DNA of 64,000 nucleotides from Eledone cirrhosa (Eukaryota). The position numbers and the translations under genes are program-made. The stretch is taken from the NCBI GenBank assembly GCA_964016885.1, contig OZ024742.1, positions 253,952,001 to 254,016,000 on the forward strand, in the 5' to 3' direction. A model generated the notes under the pieces. That model did no database searches. It was not told the origin of the DNA and saw only the letters and a program-made list of their open reading frames with translations. This document shows, piece by piece, positions 41,481 to 64,000 of this stretch; the stretch's first letter is position 1; every line of letters begins with the position of its first letter.

Positions 41481-43803
41481 TTATGTAATATTCGGCTTGT
41501 AGTGGGAAAAAAGGGTTTTAGTTCTGTGACGGCAGAATAATGTTCGTTCAATTCTGTTATTCAGCAGTTTCTTCTTGTGTGTGATTATGTAATAAATCTC
41601 AAGATTACACAATTTGCAGAAATTTTGGCTCCTGGAAAAGCTTTGGGTTTTAGCTAATTTTTCCCATTTTAGGGTAAACTTTTGATCGCTATCCCTGAGC
41701 GTCCAAGCTTTTTCTGCTAAAGTTGTTACATTTCTTTGGCTCTGGTGTTTTATTGAGTAAGAATGCCTATACAATCGAGATTTAAACGATGTTGCCGTTG
41801 ATCCCACGTAATACCACTCGTTGCCTCCGGATTTAATGGTACACTTATAAATAATATTTTTTTCCAGGCAGTTATTGCCGAGGGGGCAGTTGTCAGGATA
41901 GATGCAGTTACAGTTGTGTACGTTGGGTTTTCTCTGGAGTAGTATTGCGGACGAACTTAGGTGTGGTTTATTTATGTTCTGTAGTGTATTGTTTACTGTT
42001 TTTTTTGTGTTCTTTGTACTTAAGTTCTTAGTGCTTTCGTTTAACCTTCTAGTATTGATCTTTTTTATGTGTTGTTCAAGGTTTAACGCTGTAGAGTATG
42101 ACAGTCTTATAGTGGTAGGGTTTAGGATTTTATGGTATTTGTGTGATGTGGGAAAATGTCTTTTAATTATTTTAAAGAAGAGTACTGGTAAATTTGTACT
42201 AATGGAACTATTGTATTCGGGGTTATACCATAAGTACTCTTTGCATCGCTTTCTATTAGTTTTGTTTGTTGGTTTACTGGTGTGCATACTATGGTAGTAA
42301 GTGTGGTTTGGTGTTGTGTTATTATATCTACCTATGTGGGATTTATTTTGGGTGTTTTGATTGTTCCCATCTATGTACTCTATTTTGTTGAGGTAGCCTG
42401 CTTTACTAAGGGCGTTATCGTAGTACTCGGCGTGTTCCTTAAATACTTGTATGTTAGAAGATAGACCCGAGATTCTAAGGGAAATATTTTTAGGGATAGA
42501 TTTAATTATAGAGATGGGGTGGTTAGACCCAACATTTACGTAATTGAGATTTTCATTCAATTTATGAAACGGTTTAATCAAACCAGAGTTTAAATTGAGT
42601 GTGACATCCAGGAAGTTAACTACTTTAAGGTTGTATTCATATGTTATAGTTAGTCCTATTTCGAGTAGTAGTTTTCTTATATCTTTGCGTAGTTTTTCTA
42701 GTTTTTGGTTATTAAGGTTTTTAGCTAGGAGGAGAACATCGTCGCGGTATATTCCGCCGTGGAGATTGCTGAATTTTTCCTGGAGTCTAAAGGCGATAAA
42801 TAACCCCACAATATCAGTTATTTCCGCCGAATCGTTAGAGCCCATTGTTATGTCAAAGTTAGAGGGTCTATCTTTACGTACCCAATAACTGTTCTCAAAT
42901 TTGACTATAGTTTTCCTAGCTTCTAATATAATCTTAATTTCATCGTTTGTAAGGTCAGAGTTATCCTTAGCAAACTTAATGGCTCTATTCAAAGTTTCAG
43001 GTGATATCGATGAGTAATATTCATCGATATCAAACTGGATAAACTTAGATTTATTCTTATTGCTAATGCTATTAAACCATCTTATTGCTTCTTGGGTCTT
43101 CCCCCAGAGTTTAATGTTAACCTTAACCTTAATTTGGGGGATGATTCTATCTAAGATATATTTGCTTATTTTACCTATATCTGATTTAGAGGGGCAGATT
43201 AATCTAATTTTAGGGTCATTATCAAAGTTTACCTTGTGGTCCTTAAGATTGAAGGTGGGTACCGCCGGTAAGAGTGGTCCTGTCCTATCTTCGATTCCGA
43301 GATTTTTCACTATTTCGCATGCCTCATCATTGATGTGCTTAAGGGCTACTTCACTCGTTTTTCTATATTTTTTATGTAATTCTTTTCGAATGAAGTTGTT
43401 GTATGTAGTGCAATCCATAGTGTACAGGTTTGATGTTTTGTCCGCTTTTACTACAATTCCTTTGGTGTTTTTAAGGTCGTCCAGTAGTTTTTTTTATATC
43501 TTTCTGTAATTTGCTGTTGGTGTTGCGTCCTTTGAATTTAATTTTAAGGATTAAGTTCATAAGGTCCTGCTCAAATGCATCTAATAGTGGGTTGGTGGGT
43601 GGGTTTTTACAAGTCCTAAAACCGAATTTGTTGTTTACACCACTTTCTAATGTTGAGTTCATACGGCTTCTATCATAGTGGAGCGTTTTCCACCTGACAC
43701 GTCGAATGAATTCATTAGTTTTTTGAATCATACTCAATAAATATTCCTTTCTACCTTGGGTTGGTATGTTTTTGAGTGACATATCCAGGTAGTGTTTTTC
43801 CAT
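41481..43803 (-). CDS. near-intact PLE RT-GIY-YIG polyprotein (~770 aa) with one frameshift in an A-run near 43490
   Basis: MSLKNIP N-terminus, KADKTSN, RLICP, QFDIDEYYSSI, FDITMGS, IYRDD, VNFLDV, CNC..CP, IIYKC..YVGST, CKLC. Confidence 0.85.
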
Positions 43804-44719
43804 TGTTGTGGTTGCGTTTGCTGTGTGGGTTGCTCGACTTTACAGGAGGTAAATATACAGTATTTTCCGTTGTGTTGTAATATAAATATTACACACAGTA
43901 GATTATCAGCTCACGTAGAGTTTGCTCGACGGTTCCAGTTGTAGTTCCAAAAGTAATCCGGAGAAAAATAGAAAGATTTGAATGGATACAGTTTAGTTGA
44001 AAGGAATTTATTGACACGTGTTTCTATAACAGTTACATAACCTAAAACAGCTGCTATCTACAAACTTTTAGTTATGCAGACATTCAATATTTCAATGTTA
44101 TTATTTACTGTCATTTCATCAGAATAATATTACTGAGGACCTATTTAGTTTTTATAGAGAATATTAGGAGGGAGGGGTGAAGTTGTTAGAAGAATAGTTG
44201 AAGGAGTGGTTTTTCGATAGCAGTGAGAATTCTTGGTGGCAGTGAGTAATTAGATTCCCATCTGTTGTTTTGACATTTTTTATAGAATATATTATTGGTT
44301 ATTTTTCTAAATCTATAGAAGGATTAGAGATAGTAAAGATATGCGTGGTTGGTTTTGTGTTTGCACTTAATTAACATTCAGACTTAAATTTTTCTTTCAA
44401 GTGTACGTATCCTTTCACCCACGCATTCACAAACAAATATATTTGCACACCTCTACAAAATACATATACTCACAATTCACATATTCATACTTACATATAT
44501 ATACACATGCATACACATATATATACACACATGTATTCATGTACATACATACGCGCTCATGTGTATACATTTTCATACTCAACTTATCTTTATATACACA
44601 CGTATAGACACACACATATATACATACATACTCTAGTCCATGTGTACACACATACACATACATACACATCCATATACACATATATACATACATATATATA
44701 CATATATACATATACATAC

Positions 44720-44780
<61 letters not shown>

Positions 44781-47043
44781 CACTTTAATACATGAATACA
44801 CTTACATCTAACTATACACATCAAACATATATATATATTTACTTATTTATATACATTTTCACATATATATACATACTTATGGACGTTTTTAGACACATTC
44901 ATTATCGCATATTTGTACCTATTCTCATCAGCATATCTTTCCATTATTAGTGTGGTAATTTAAGGTTATTAATATATGTTGAGAAGAGATTGTTTTTATA
45001 TTTTTCTAACTAGATTAAGGTTTATATAGTTGGGGGATGTCCCTCTTTTATGTAATATTCGGCTTGTAGTGGGAAAAAAGGGTTTTAGTTCTGTGACGGC
45101 AGAATAATGTTCGTTCAATTCTGTTATTCAGCAGTTTCTTCTTGTGTGTGATTATGTAATAAATCTCAAGATTACACAATTTGCAGAAATTTTGGCTCCT
45201 GGAAAAGCTTTGGGTTTTAGCTAATTTTTCCCATTTTAGGGTAAACTTTTGATCGCTATCCCTGAGCGTCCAAGTTTTTCTGCTAAAGTTGTTACATTTC
45301 TTTGGCTCTGGTGTTTTATTGAGTAAGAATGCCTATACAATCGAGATTTAAACGATGTTGCCGTTGATCCCACGTAATACCACTCGTTGCCTCCGGATTT
45401 AATGGTACACTTATAAATAATATTTTTTTCCAGGCAGTTATTGCCGAGGGGGCAGTTGTCAGGATAGGTGCAGTTACAGTTGTGTACGTTGGGTTTTCTC
45501 TGGAGTAGTATTGCGGACGAACTTAGGTGTGGTTTATTTATGTTCTGTAGTGTATTGTTTACTGTTTTTTTTGTGTTCTTTGTACTTAAGTTCTTAGTGC
45601 TTTCGTTTAACCTTCTAGTATTGATCTTTTTTATGTGTTGTTCAAGGTTTAACGCTGTAGAGTATGACAGTCTTATAGTGGTAGGGTTTAGGATTTTATG
45701 GTATTTGTGTGATGTGGGAAAATGTCTTTTAATTATTTTAAAGAAGAGTACTGGTAAATTTGTACTACTCGAACTATTGTATTCGGAGTTATACCATAAG
45801 TACTCTTTGCATCGCTTTCTATTAGTTTTGTTTGTTGGTTTACTGGTGTGCATACTATGGTAGTAAGTGTGGTTTGGTGTTGTGTTATTATATCTACCTA
45901 TGTGGGATTTATTTTGGGTGTTTTGATTGTTCCCATCTATGTACTCTATTTTGTTGAGGTAGCCTGCTTTACTAAGGGCGTTATCGTAGTACTCGGCGTG
46001 TTCCTTAAATACTTGTATGTTAGAAGATAGACCCAAGATTCTAAGGAAAATATTTTTAGGGATAGATTTAATTATAGAGATGGGGTGGTTAGACCCAACA
46101 TTTACGTATTTGAGATTTTCATTCAATTTATGAAACGGTTGAATAACAGAATTGAACGAACATTATTCTGCCGTCACAGAACTAAAACCCTTTTTTCCCA
46201 CTACAAGCCGAATATTACATAAAAGAGGGACATCCCCCAACTATATAAACCTTAATCTAGTTAGAAAAATATAAAAACAATCTCTTCTCAACCACACCTA
46301 AGTTCGTCCGCAATACTACTCCAGAGAAAACCCAACGTACACAACTGTAACTGCACCTATCCTGACAACTGCCCCCTCGGCAATAACTGCCTGGAAAAAA
46401 ATATTATTTATAAGTGTACCATTAAATCCGGAGGCAACGAGTGGTATTACGTGGGATCAACGGCAACATCGTTTAAATCTCGATTGTATAGGCATTCTTA
46501 CTCAATAAAACACCAGAGCCAAAGAAATGTAACAACTTTAGCAGAAAAACTTGGACGCTCAGGGATAGCGATCAAAAGTTTACCCTAAAATGGGAAAAAT
46601 TAGCTAAAACCCAAAGCTTTTCCAGGAGCCAAAATTTCTGCAAATTGTGTAATCTTGAGATTTATTACATAATCACACACAAGAAGAAACTGCTGAATAA
46701 CAGAATTGAACGAACATTATTCTGCCGTCACAGAACTAAAACCCTTTTTTCCCACTACAAGCCGAATATTACATAAAAGAGGGACATCCCCCAACTATAT
46801 AAACCTTAATCTAGTTAGAAAAATATAAAAACAATCTCTTCTCAACATATATTAATAACCTTAAATTACCACACTAATAATGGAAAGATATGCTGATGAG
46901 AATAGGTACAAATATGCGATAATGAATGTGTCTAAAAACGTCCATAAGTATGTATATATATGTGAAAATGTATATAAATAAGTAAATATATATATATGTT
47001 TGATGTGTATAGTTAGATGTAAGTGTATTCATGTATTAAAGTG

Positions 47044-47128
<85 letters not shown>

Positions 47129-47720
47129 GTATGTATATGTATATATGTATATATATGTATGTATATATGTGTATATGGATGTGTATGTATGTGTATGTGT
47201 GTACACATGGACTAGAGTATGTATGTATATATGTGTGTGTCTATACGTGTGTATATAAAGATAAGTTGAGTATGAAAATGTATACACATGAGCGCGTATG
47301 TATGTACATGAATACATGTGTGTATATATATGTGTATGCATGTGTATATATATGTAAGTATGAATATGTGAATTGTGAGTATATGTATTTTGTAGAGGTG
47401 TGCAAATATATTTGTTTGTGAATGCGTGGGTGAAAGGATACGTACACTTGAAAGAAAAATTTAAGTCTGAATGTTAATTAAGTGCAAACACAAAACCAAC
47501 CACGCATATCTTTACTATCTCTAATCCTTCTATAGATTTAGAAAAATAACCAATAATATATTCTATAAAAAATGTCAAAACAACAGATGGGAATCTAATT
47601 ACTCACTGCCACCAAGAATTCTCACTGCTATCGAAAAACCACCCCTTCAACTATTCTTCTAACAACTTCACCCCTCCCTCCTAATATTCTCTATAAAAAC
47701 TAAATAGGTCCTCAGTAATA

Positions 47721-47840
47721 TTATTCTGATGAAATGACAGTAAATAATAACATTGAAATATTGAATGTCTGCATAACTAAAAGTTTGTAGATAGCAGCTG
47801 TTTTAGGTTATGTAACTGTTATAGAAACACGTGTCAATAA
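47721..47840 (+). ncRNA. type I hammerhead with 91-nt helix II domain (minus copies 40433-40552 and 44008-44127)
   Basis: TTATT-CTGATGA-aATGACAGT..ACTGTTATa-GAAA-CACGTG-TC-AATAA. Confidence 0.82.
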
Positions 47841-47987
47841 ATTCCTTTCAACTAAACTGTATCCATTCAAATCTTTCTATTTTTCTCCGGATTACTTTTG
47901 GAACTACAACTGGAACCGTCGAGCAAACTCTACGTGAGCTGATAATCTACTGTGTGTAATATTTATATTACAACACAACGGAAAATA

Positions 47988-48075
<88 letters not shown>

Positions 48076-48880
48076 CTGGAAGTTTAGTAAAATCGAAGCT
48101 TCAGCTGTAGCCAAGCCAATGAGATACAATGAGGAATTTGTGCAGTCAAGCACTCAATGAGGAATCTCAGAGTAATACCATTCATTAGACGGCATGACAA
48201 ATTGAAAACTGTGGCAGGCAAGCCCAGCCACGACACCGAAGCAACGAGAAAACCAACAGGTTAATAAAAACAAATCTTGACCGTCTCAGAGGCAGATCTT
48301 CCTTTTTCCGATAGATTTCTATGAATTCAAAATCAACAATCCTACTTGCGCATGTATGCAAGTTTTTCGTGTTTGAAGATCGAACTAGGGATTCATGTTA
48401 TCAACAGGTTTCTGTTCTGCGCCGTGACCCGGTGTGGTATGAAGTAGTAAGTCACTGTTGTTAGCAGTGGCTAATGCCTCAACTATCACAGGCTTTTTCC
48501 CAACAAGGGAAATAACCCCGGGTTTTTTTTGGCAGGCAAATTCAAAAGGGCATTGTGTTCCCTGCACAAACCGAATAAGAAGCACTCGACCAGGCGTTAT
48601 TAAACAAACATAAATAATTAATCAATCAATGGTATTGTCTAATTAAATTAATTAATTAATTATTAGACCTAGGAGATAATACAAATGGAAGTTTAGTCAA
48701 ATGAAAGCTTCGGCTGTAGCCAATGCAACGAGATACAATGTGGAATCTCAGAGTAATAACATTCGTTAGACGGCATGACAAATTGAAAACTATGGCAGGC
48801 AAGCCCAGCCACGACACCGAAGCAACGAGAAAACCAACAGGTTAATAAAAACAAACCTGGATCGTTTCAAAGCCAGATCT
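48076..48880. repeat. non-coding element with ~200-bp terminal direct repeats
   Basis: 48077-48300 repeated with divergence and a small indel at 48686-48880. Confidence 0.75.
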
Positions 48881-48884
48881 TCTG

Positions 48885-49456
48885 AAACTCAAAATAGTCT
48901 CTTACAATTAATTAGCTCTAGGAAAGAGATTTTTCCGAGCCGTATAATATAACTGAACAAAAAAGAAAAACGAACACAGACATATACATATATGTGATTT
49001 TGAGTTTCTAACTCAATATATGCCTTTGATATATTCGGCTCCGTTGATCGTCGAGCTAATTCAAATGTCGAGTAAGCCCGGCTGCTATTTTTAGTGGTGT
49101 GAGTCTGCGAGACACGCTAAGTTCTGATACCATGTGTGTTGTTATATATACGCACACTATCCAGTTTTTTAATATACTTAGAAGTGACCAGGATACTAAT
49201 AATTCTTCACCCGCTGATGAGCAACGATTTGGTATTCCTCTTCACAATTAATATTGCGAAACAGTATTATCAAAACTGTCCGGGTGATTGGTAGTTACCA
49301 CAATTCTGGTTTGTATTTATTTTCTTGATTTATTCTTAAATTGAGTCTGGCAAACCCTGTTGTCTATAATTAGTATTCTCTTCGCCTTAGCGAATCTGGT
49401 CCCTTACGATTTGAACACATATGTCTGTGTTTGTTTTTCTTTTTTGTTCAGTTATA
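48885..49456 (+). mobile_element. family C non-coding element with inverted 5' segment and canonical hammerhead
   Basis: homologous to 24831-25373. Confidence 0.8.
49208..49286 (+). ncRNA. canonical type I hammerhead ribozyme motif
   Basis: CACCCG-CTGATGA-GCAA..TTGC-GAAA-CAGT..ACTG-TC-CGGGTG; GUC cleavage triplet. Confidence 0.9.
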
Positions 49457-49474
49457 TTTATATATATATATATG

Positions 49475-50365
<891 letters not shown>

Positions 50366-50617
50366 ATTCTGTTATTTTGCCCGAGAAAACTTTTTCAAAT
50401 TCCAATTGAGTTCTAGCACGTGGCTTGAATTCCTTTTAGAATTCATTGTCCTGCGCATGTATTGTTTTTGGCGGTAATTCTCCTTCCTCTTTTTTTGAGA
50501 CACTATGAGAATTTCTTTAGAACTGCTGGGCTAGCAACCTAACAGCTACCTCAAGCACTGATGGTGATTATCACTAAATATTAATGTTGATTTGATTATC
50601 AATATTATTATTGGGCA

Positions 50618-50744
50618 CCCACTGAAGAATTATAAGAGCCCACTTGAATAAGTATCTGTTAATCTTATACAAGCTTCTACATAAATTGGTATAATTTCAT
50701 CCAACTTGTAGGAATCTTATAATGAAACGAGACGTCCGTCTGGG
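50618..50744 (+). ncRNA. type I hammerhead with 95-nt helix II domain in a ~545-bp element (50366-50910) between (TA)n tracts
   Basis: CCCA-CTGAAGA-ATTATAAGA..TCTTATAAT-GAAA-CGaGACGTCCG-TC-TGGG. Confidence 0.8.
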
Positions 50745-50911
50745 AAGAGATATATTTGATATATCTCATATGAAATAATACAGCCAATTTTCCACACAAT
50801 ACAATTAGTTAGCACCCCGAACGTTTAATTAGGAATATACTCACTTATTTCCTAATGTTTGTTGAGTTGGGATTTGGCCGGAGTATCGCTATTAGCTTTC
50901 TCCGATAATGT

Positions 50912-55237
<4,326 letters not shown>

Positions 55238-55282
55238 TATATATATATATTCATATACATATAAATATACATATATATATAC

Positions 55283-57000
55283 ATAGTTTGATACAACAAG
55301 TTTGATTTAGAACGTAGCACAATGGAAAGCATCCAGCAGATAGCTAATTCCATACACCAGAGTATAACTGTAACTATCGACTTCCCTTCCAAACACCCTA
55401 ACAATAGACTACCTGTATTAGACACAGAACTCTGGATTAACACTATAGACGAGAGAGCCCAAATTCTCCACTCACACTATGCTAAACCCATGGCCTCCAA
55501 ATACCTGATACTCAAAAACTCAGCAATGTCCAGTAGTGCTAAGTTTAATATTCTGATCGCAGATTTGGTTCGACTGATGAAGAATGTGTCCCGCATGTGC
55601 GTCCCAACAGAAATGGAAAGACACATCCAACACTTCATCAACCGCATGCAGTTCTCTGGCTACAACCAAAGAGACAGAGTCAGAGTATACGAAGGAGCCA
55701 TGGAGAAGTATAAGACCCTCGTAGAACTGGACATGAAAGGAATTTGCCCATTATACAGGAGCAAATCATGGAATAGCTTAGATAGGGCTAGACATAAGAT
55801 AGGGAAAGCCACCTCATGGTACGACAACCAGAGATACCAGAGTGTCATGTTTGTGGACGCTACCCCTGGAGGGAAATTAGCTAACCAGTGTAGAAAAGCC
55901 CTGAGAAAGACCCACTTAAAAGTTAAGGTGGTAGAAAAGCCAGGAACCACCATAAAAACCCTGATCAGCAAAACCTACCCTTTTAAGAAAACCCACTGTA
56001 CCAATAGGAAATGTATCATATGTAAGGTAAACCCCCGGATAAACTGTAAAACTAGAAACGTAGTCTATAGCATAAGATGTACAGAGGGTACCTGCAGAAA
56101 CATGACAACAACATACATAGGTGAGACAGCTCGTAGCATAGGTGAAAGGATAGACCAACACTGGAGGGAACTAAAAGGACGAAAAAACGGGTCAGTACTA
56201 TACGAACATGCCAGACAACAACATGACGGTAACATAGACAACATAGAAATTAGAATAATATCTAAACATAGAAATGACCCAGCAGATAGGCAAATCAGAG
56301 AGGCCAGTGAAATAGAAATTAGAAGACCAAGACTAAACTGAAAGAATGAATGGAATAACAACAACACTCAAACAAACAACACTGACCTAAGAGAAGTATA
56401 AATAAGTAAATAAAATAAAATGAAATAAATAAATAAATAAATAAATACATTCACAAGCACAATAACAACAAACACATAAACACACATTAGTCACCCAATC
56501 ACGAACACACATCACACATCAAACAAAACACTATACATACACGCAAACGCATGCGCAAAGAAGACAAAATAAAATAAACAAACAAGCAAATAAATAAAAG
56601 AATATATAGACAGACTGAATAAAAATGGCGTAGCCATACAATTCAACAGGAGGAAACAATAGGACCACTGACGATGTTGCAGATGTGCAACGAAAGATTT
56701 ATGATAAACTATATATATGTGTTTGTGTCTATATTGTATCTGTATTATTTTTGACCGTTGGTCAGTCAATGGCAACATTGAGGACCGAATAAATTAGATT
56801 ACCGATATAAAAGACAGAAGCGAAAAGCGAAAACCAACCAAACAGTGAGTGTGTTCTGTTATTAATTCTGGCAATATTACACAAATATGACCCTCCCCAA
56901 GTATAACAATATATATTATATATATAACCCAAATATGACCCTCCCCAAGTATAACAATATATATTATATATATAACACAAATATGACCCTCCGCAAGTAT

Positions 57001-57007
<7 letters not shown>
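55283..57007 (+). mobile_element. second-type PLE (Neptune-like linker), 5'-truncated
   Basis: ORF 55322-56341: LPVLD, YAKP, SGY, CxxxxCxxC linker, VVYSIRC..C..YIGETAR..ER..H, H..H, REA; 3'UTR/pLTR follows. Confidence 0.88.
55322..56341 (+). pseudogene. PLE RT thumb + GIY-YIG endonuclease, truncated
   Basis: motifs as in the parent element; RT catalytic DD lies upstream of the truncation. Confidence 0.85.
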
Positions 57008-57072
<65 letters not shown>

Positions 57073-57156
57073 AAAGTTATATTTAAATTGTTGGGTTACA
57101 ACTAGTAAATATTTATAACTGATATAAAAGCACTCGACAAGTATTTGGAGTATATT

Positions 57157-58089
<933 letters not shown>

Positions 58090-58112
<23 letters not shown>

Positions 58113-58557
58113 TAGTAATAATAAAAAAATTGAAGACTAAAATCCAAAGAGGGCTCGATAAGGAAAATATATATCAAATATATAAGAACCGTAGAGCAAA
58201 TATTTATTAAAATAACAGATTAAAGTTTAAGCAAAGAATCGCTGCTTTCACCCTTAACGGGATCTTCTGAAACTAACAAAGTCAATCTGTAAAAGCAGAA
58301 CTGGATATTTCAAAAAACGTTGCAACCGGAGGAAGACAGGAAGACGATACTTTGGTTCGTGGAAACGTTCGTTGGCAAAGAACGGGAAAAAACGAATTCT
58401 GTATCAGGAGTTTTAGGTATGTTTTCCTGCTTGGTACGGGTATGTTCTTTGTAGAAATATTCAGATGTTGTTTCTGCATGATGAATATAAGTCAGTAGAG
58501 TGTTCAACCGAAGGAGCCAAATAGTAATAATAATAAAATTGAAGACTAAAATCCAAT
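58090..58557 (-). mobile_element. internally deleted mini-PLE of family A
   Basis: pLTR tail, ORF start MQKQHLNISTKNIPVPSRKTYLKLLIQ, then a direct join to the family-A 3' end. Confidence 0.75.
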
Positions 58558-58567
58558 ATACATCTAT

Positions 58568-59286
58568 ATCATCATCATCATCTTCATCTTCGTTTAACGT
58601 ACATTTTCAACGCTAGCATGGGTTAGACGGGAGATGTCCCACTTGAGGCAAGGTTGGTCGGGTAACCGTGTCTTGCTCATATAGGACTATCTGGCAGGTT
58701 TTCTACGGCTGGATGACCTTCCTAACACTAAGCACATTTACAGTGTGGAACTGGGAACTTTTTACCGTGTTACCTACACGGCCACATTACAGCGTCGATG
58801 TGAGTTTTTTTGTCATGACACCTACACGATCTCGATCTCATTACCTCATTTATTTGGACTGGATGTTGCGGTACCCACTTTACAGAGAGAAGGTGGTGTT
58901 GGTGGGAGTGGGAGAATAGGGTAGGGGTAGTGGATTGGGGTGTATATTTGGTTAAAGGTGCCTACTGACTGTAGGTTTCGCTTTGTACATAGGCAAGGCG
59001 GTTCTTCTGTATTACTGCGTAGCGCCAAAGATCTAGGTCCAGTGACATTGTCTTAGAGAGGTGTAAGGTCGGAATTTATTAGATCGTCCCAGGTTTTTCT
59101 GGGTCTACCTACTCTGTAACTACCATCAATTTTGATCGCCCTGCACTTTTTTATACAGCTGTCGTCTTTCATGCGCATCACGTGGCCATACCAACGTACC
59201 TTCTCTCAAGTAAACAGCATCTGATCCCTCTTATTCCTAATTTCTCACTTAGTTCATTTATGCTTTGCCGTTCACCTCACGTATAT

Positions 59287-59290
<4 letters not shown>
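58568..59290 (-). mobile_element. RTE LINE 3' fragment
   Basis: paralogous to ~59922-60632. Confidence 0.85.
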
Positions 59291-59350
<60 letters not shown>

Positions 59351-59354
<4 letters not shown>

Positions 59355-59850
59355 ACTAGAGATTGATTAACATATAAAAATACATGAATAATCACAGGAG
59401 ATTATTCAAGCTTGCGTGTAACTGCGCATAGCTAGTTTAGGCAATATTTACCTTTAAAAGTGATTAACATTACTTGTATATATCCCATTAAAGAAATATA
59501 TTTCACCAATTAATCAGATGGTAAGTCACGGAAAGTGGATATTATTGGATTGTCAACAAGGAATTGATAATAAATCCAGCTATTCGAGCTTACAGGGCGA
59601 GATCAAATTTTCAACTATCCGTTACCACGTGTTGCGTTCACACAAGATAGCGGTTTCGTTTCAGTGGCGTGAAAAGGTTTTCGACAACTAGAAATAGCAG
59701 TCAAAATTCTTCTCAACAGAAATAGCTCTACAGATAAGGAGCCGTATATATTAAATTCTCAGGATATATTGGCGCATGCTTTTTGTCATGACACCCATGA
59801 TTTCGATTTAGATTAAATTCATTTAATTGATTTATCTTAATTTTGGACTT
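59351..59850. mobile_element. non-coding element related to 49600-50309
   Basis: 59351-59720 resembles 49730-50123; 59750-59848 inverts 49600-49690. Confidence 0.75.
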
Positions 59851-63400
<3,550 letters not shown>

Positions 63401-64000
63401 TGAGGGAGATGGGTCTATGTTAGCCGCCCGCGGCCTAAATTAAGAGGGGGAATCCTTGCATCCTCGTCCGGCAGCATGAAGTGAATTTGTCTTTATCTTT
63501 GGCATTGTCACTGAGTGTCCATATTTTTTTACAGACTCTCCAGCATTCCGTAGTCCATCCATCATATCGAAAGGCAACCAGGTCTAAACTTAAGTGATAA
63601 CATAGGCCGCTGACTTATGATTGTTCCAAATAATAATGGTGGTGAGTGGGGGGGGGGGGGATCTGGGGTAGTTAGCGAGAAGGTTATAAAATAAAATCCA
63701 CTAAATTTTGGCCATAACCGAACGAGCATATAACTGTAATAAGGGAAGAATTATGGGATTTTAAAATACAAGAATATTATTTTGAACGATCAAACAGAAT
63801 TATCGAATAGCATTGAAAAAGAAAAGGTTGTATTCTGGACGATATGATACAGATAGATGAATGGACAAGGGAACATGGAGAGACGAGAAAATAGAATTCA
63901 TACATTACATTTCACAGAAGAGAGAACGAGCGATGTAGCCGTAAATATGGGTCGACAAATTCTGAGTTTCGTACCCCGCAACAGTTTATTTTATGTTTGA

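Larger units (their letters stand above)
40393..47992 (-). mobile_element. Penelope-like element insertion: full copy + partial tandem copy (3575-bp period) + inverted segments
   Basis: 40393-42575 repeated at 43968-46140; 46141-46291 and 46292-47992 inverted; (TA)n at both ends. Confidence 0.95.

Noticed and set aside
47726-47767. Short alternative hammerhead fold using GAAA at 47755
   Set aside because: It puts G at the cleavage position; the longer fold with GAAA-CACGTG-TC at 47824 fits better
56668-56712. CTGACGA-TGTTGC..GCAAC-GAAA in the 3' end of the 55-57 kb PLE
   Set aside because: Expected location and a good helix II, but helix I cannot be formed; not counted as a complete motif

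Overview
AT-rich, (TA)n-microsatellite-laden eukaryotic DNA made almost entirely of transposable elements. The repeat content suggests a cephalopod such as Octopus (inference). No host protein-coding gene could be supported. The window holds a DD37D (maT) mariner-like transposon with intact TIRs, several RTE-clade LINE copies, a full-length Tx1/L1-clade LINE, tRNA-derived SINEs, a non-autonomous Helitron, MITEs, and a decayed PIF1-helicase plus USP (peptidase C19) coding region. It also holds at least four Penelope-like element (PLE) families with GIY-YIG endonucleases and tandem or inverted pseudo-LTRs. The main signal is about 22 type I hammerhead-ribozyme motifs from about 11 sequence-unrelated families, read by eye. 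They lie in PLE pLTRs and in many short non-coding fold-back or tandem elements inserted in (TA)n tracts. One ~520-560 bp non-coding family shows clear base-pair covariation across three loci and tandem, permuted, inverted organisation, like a retrozyme. Several motifs share an unusual architecture: very long helix II, a C.A or A.A opposition at 10.1/11.1, and a palindromic helix III. Coordinates were read manually; fuzzy element ends may be off by a few to tens of bases.
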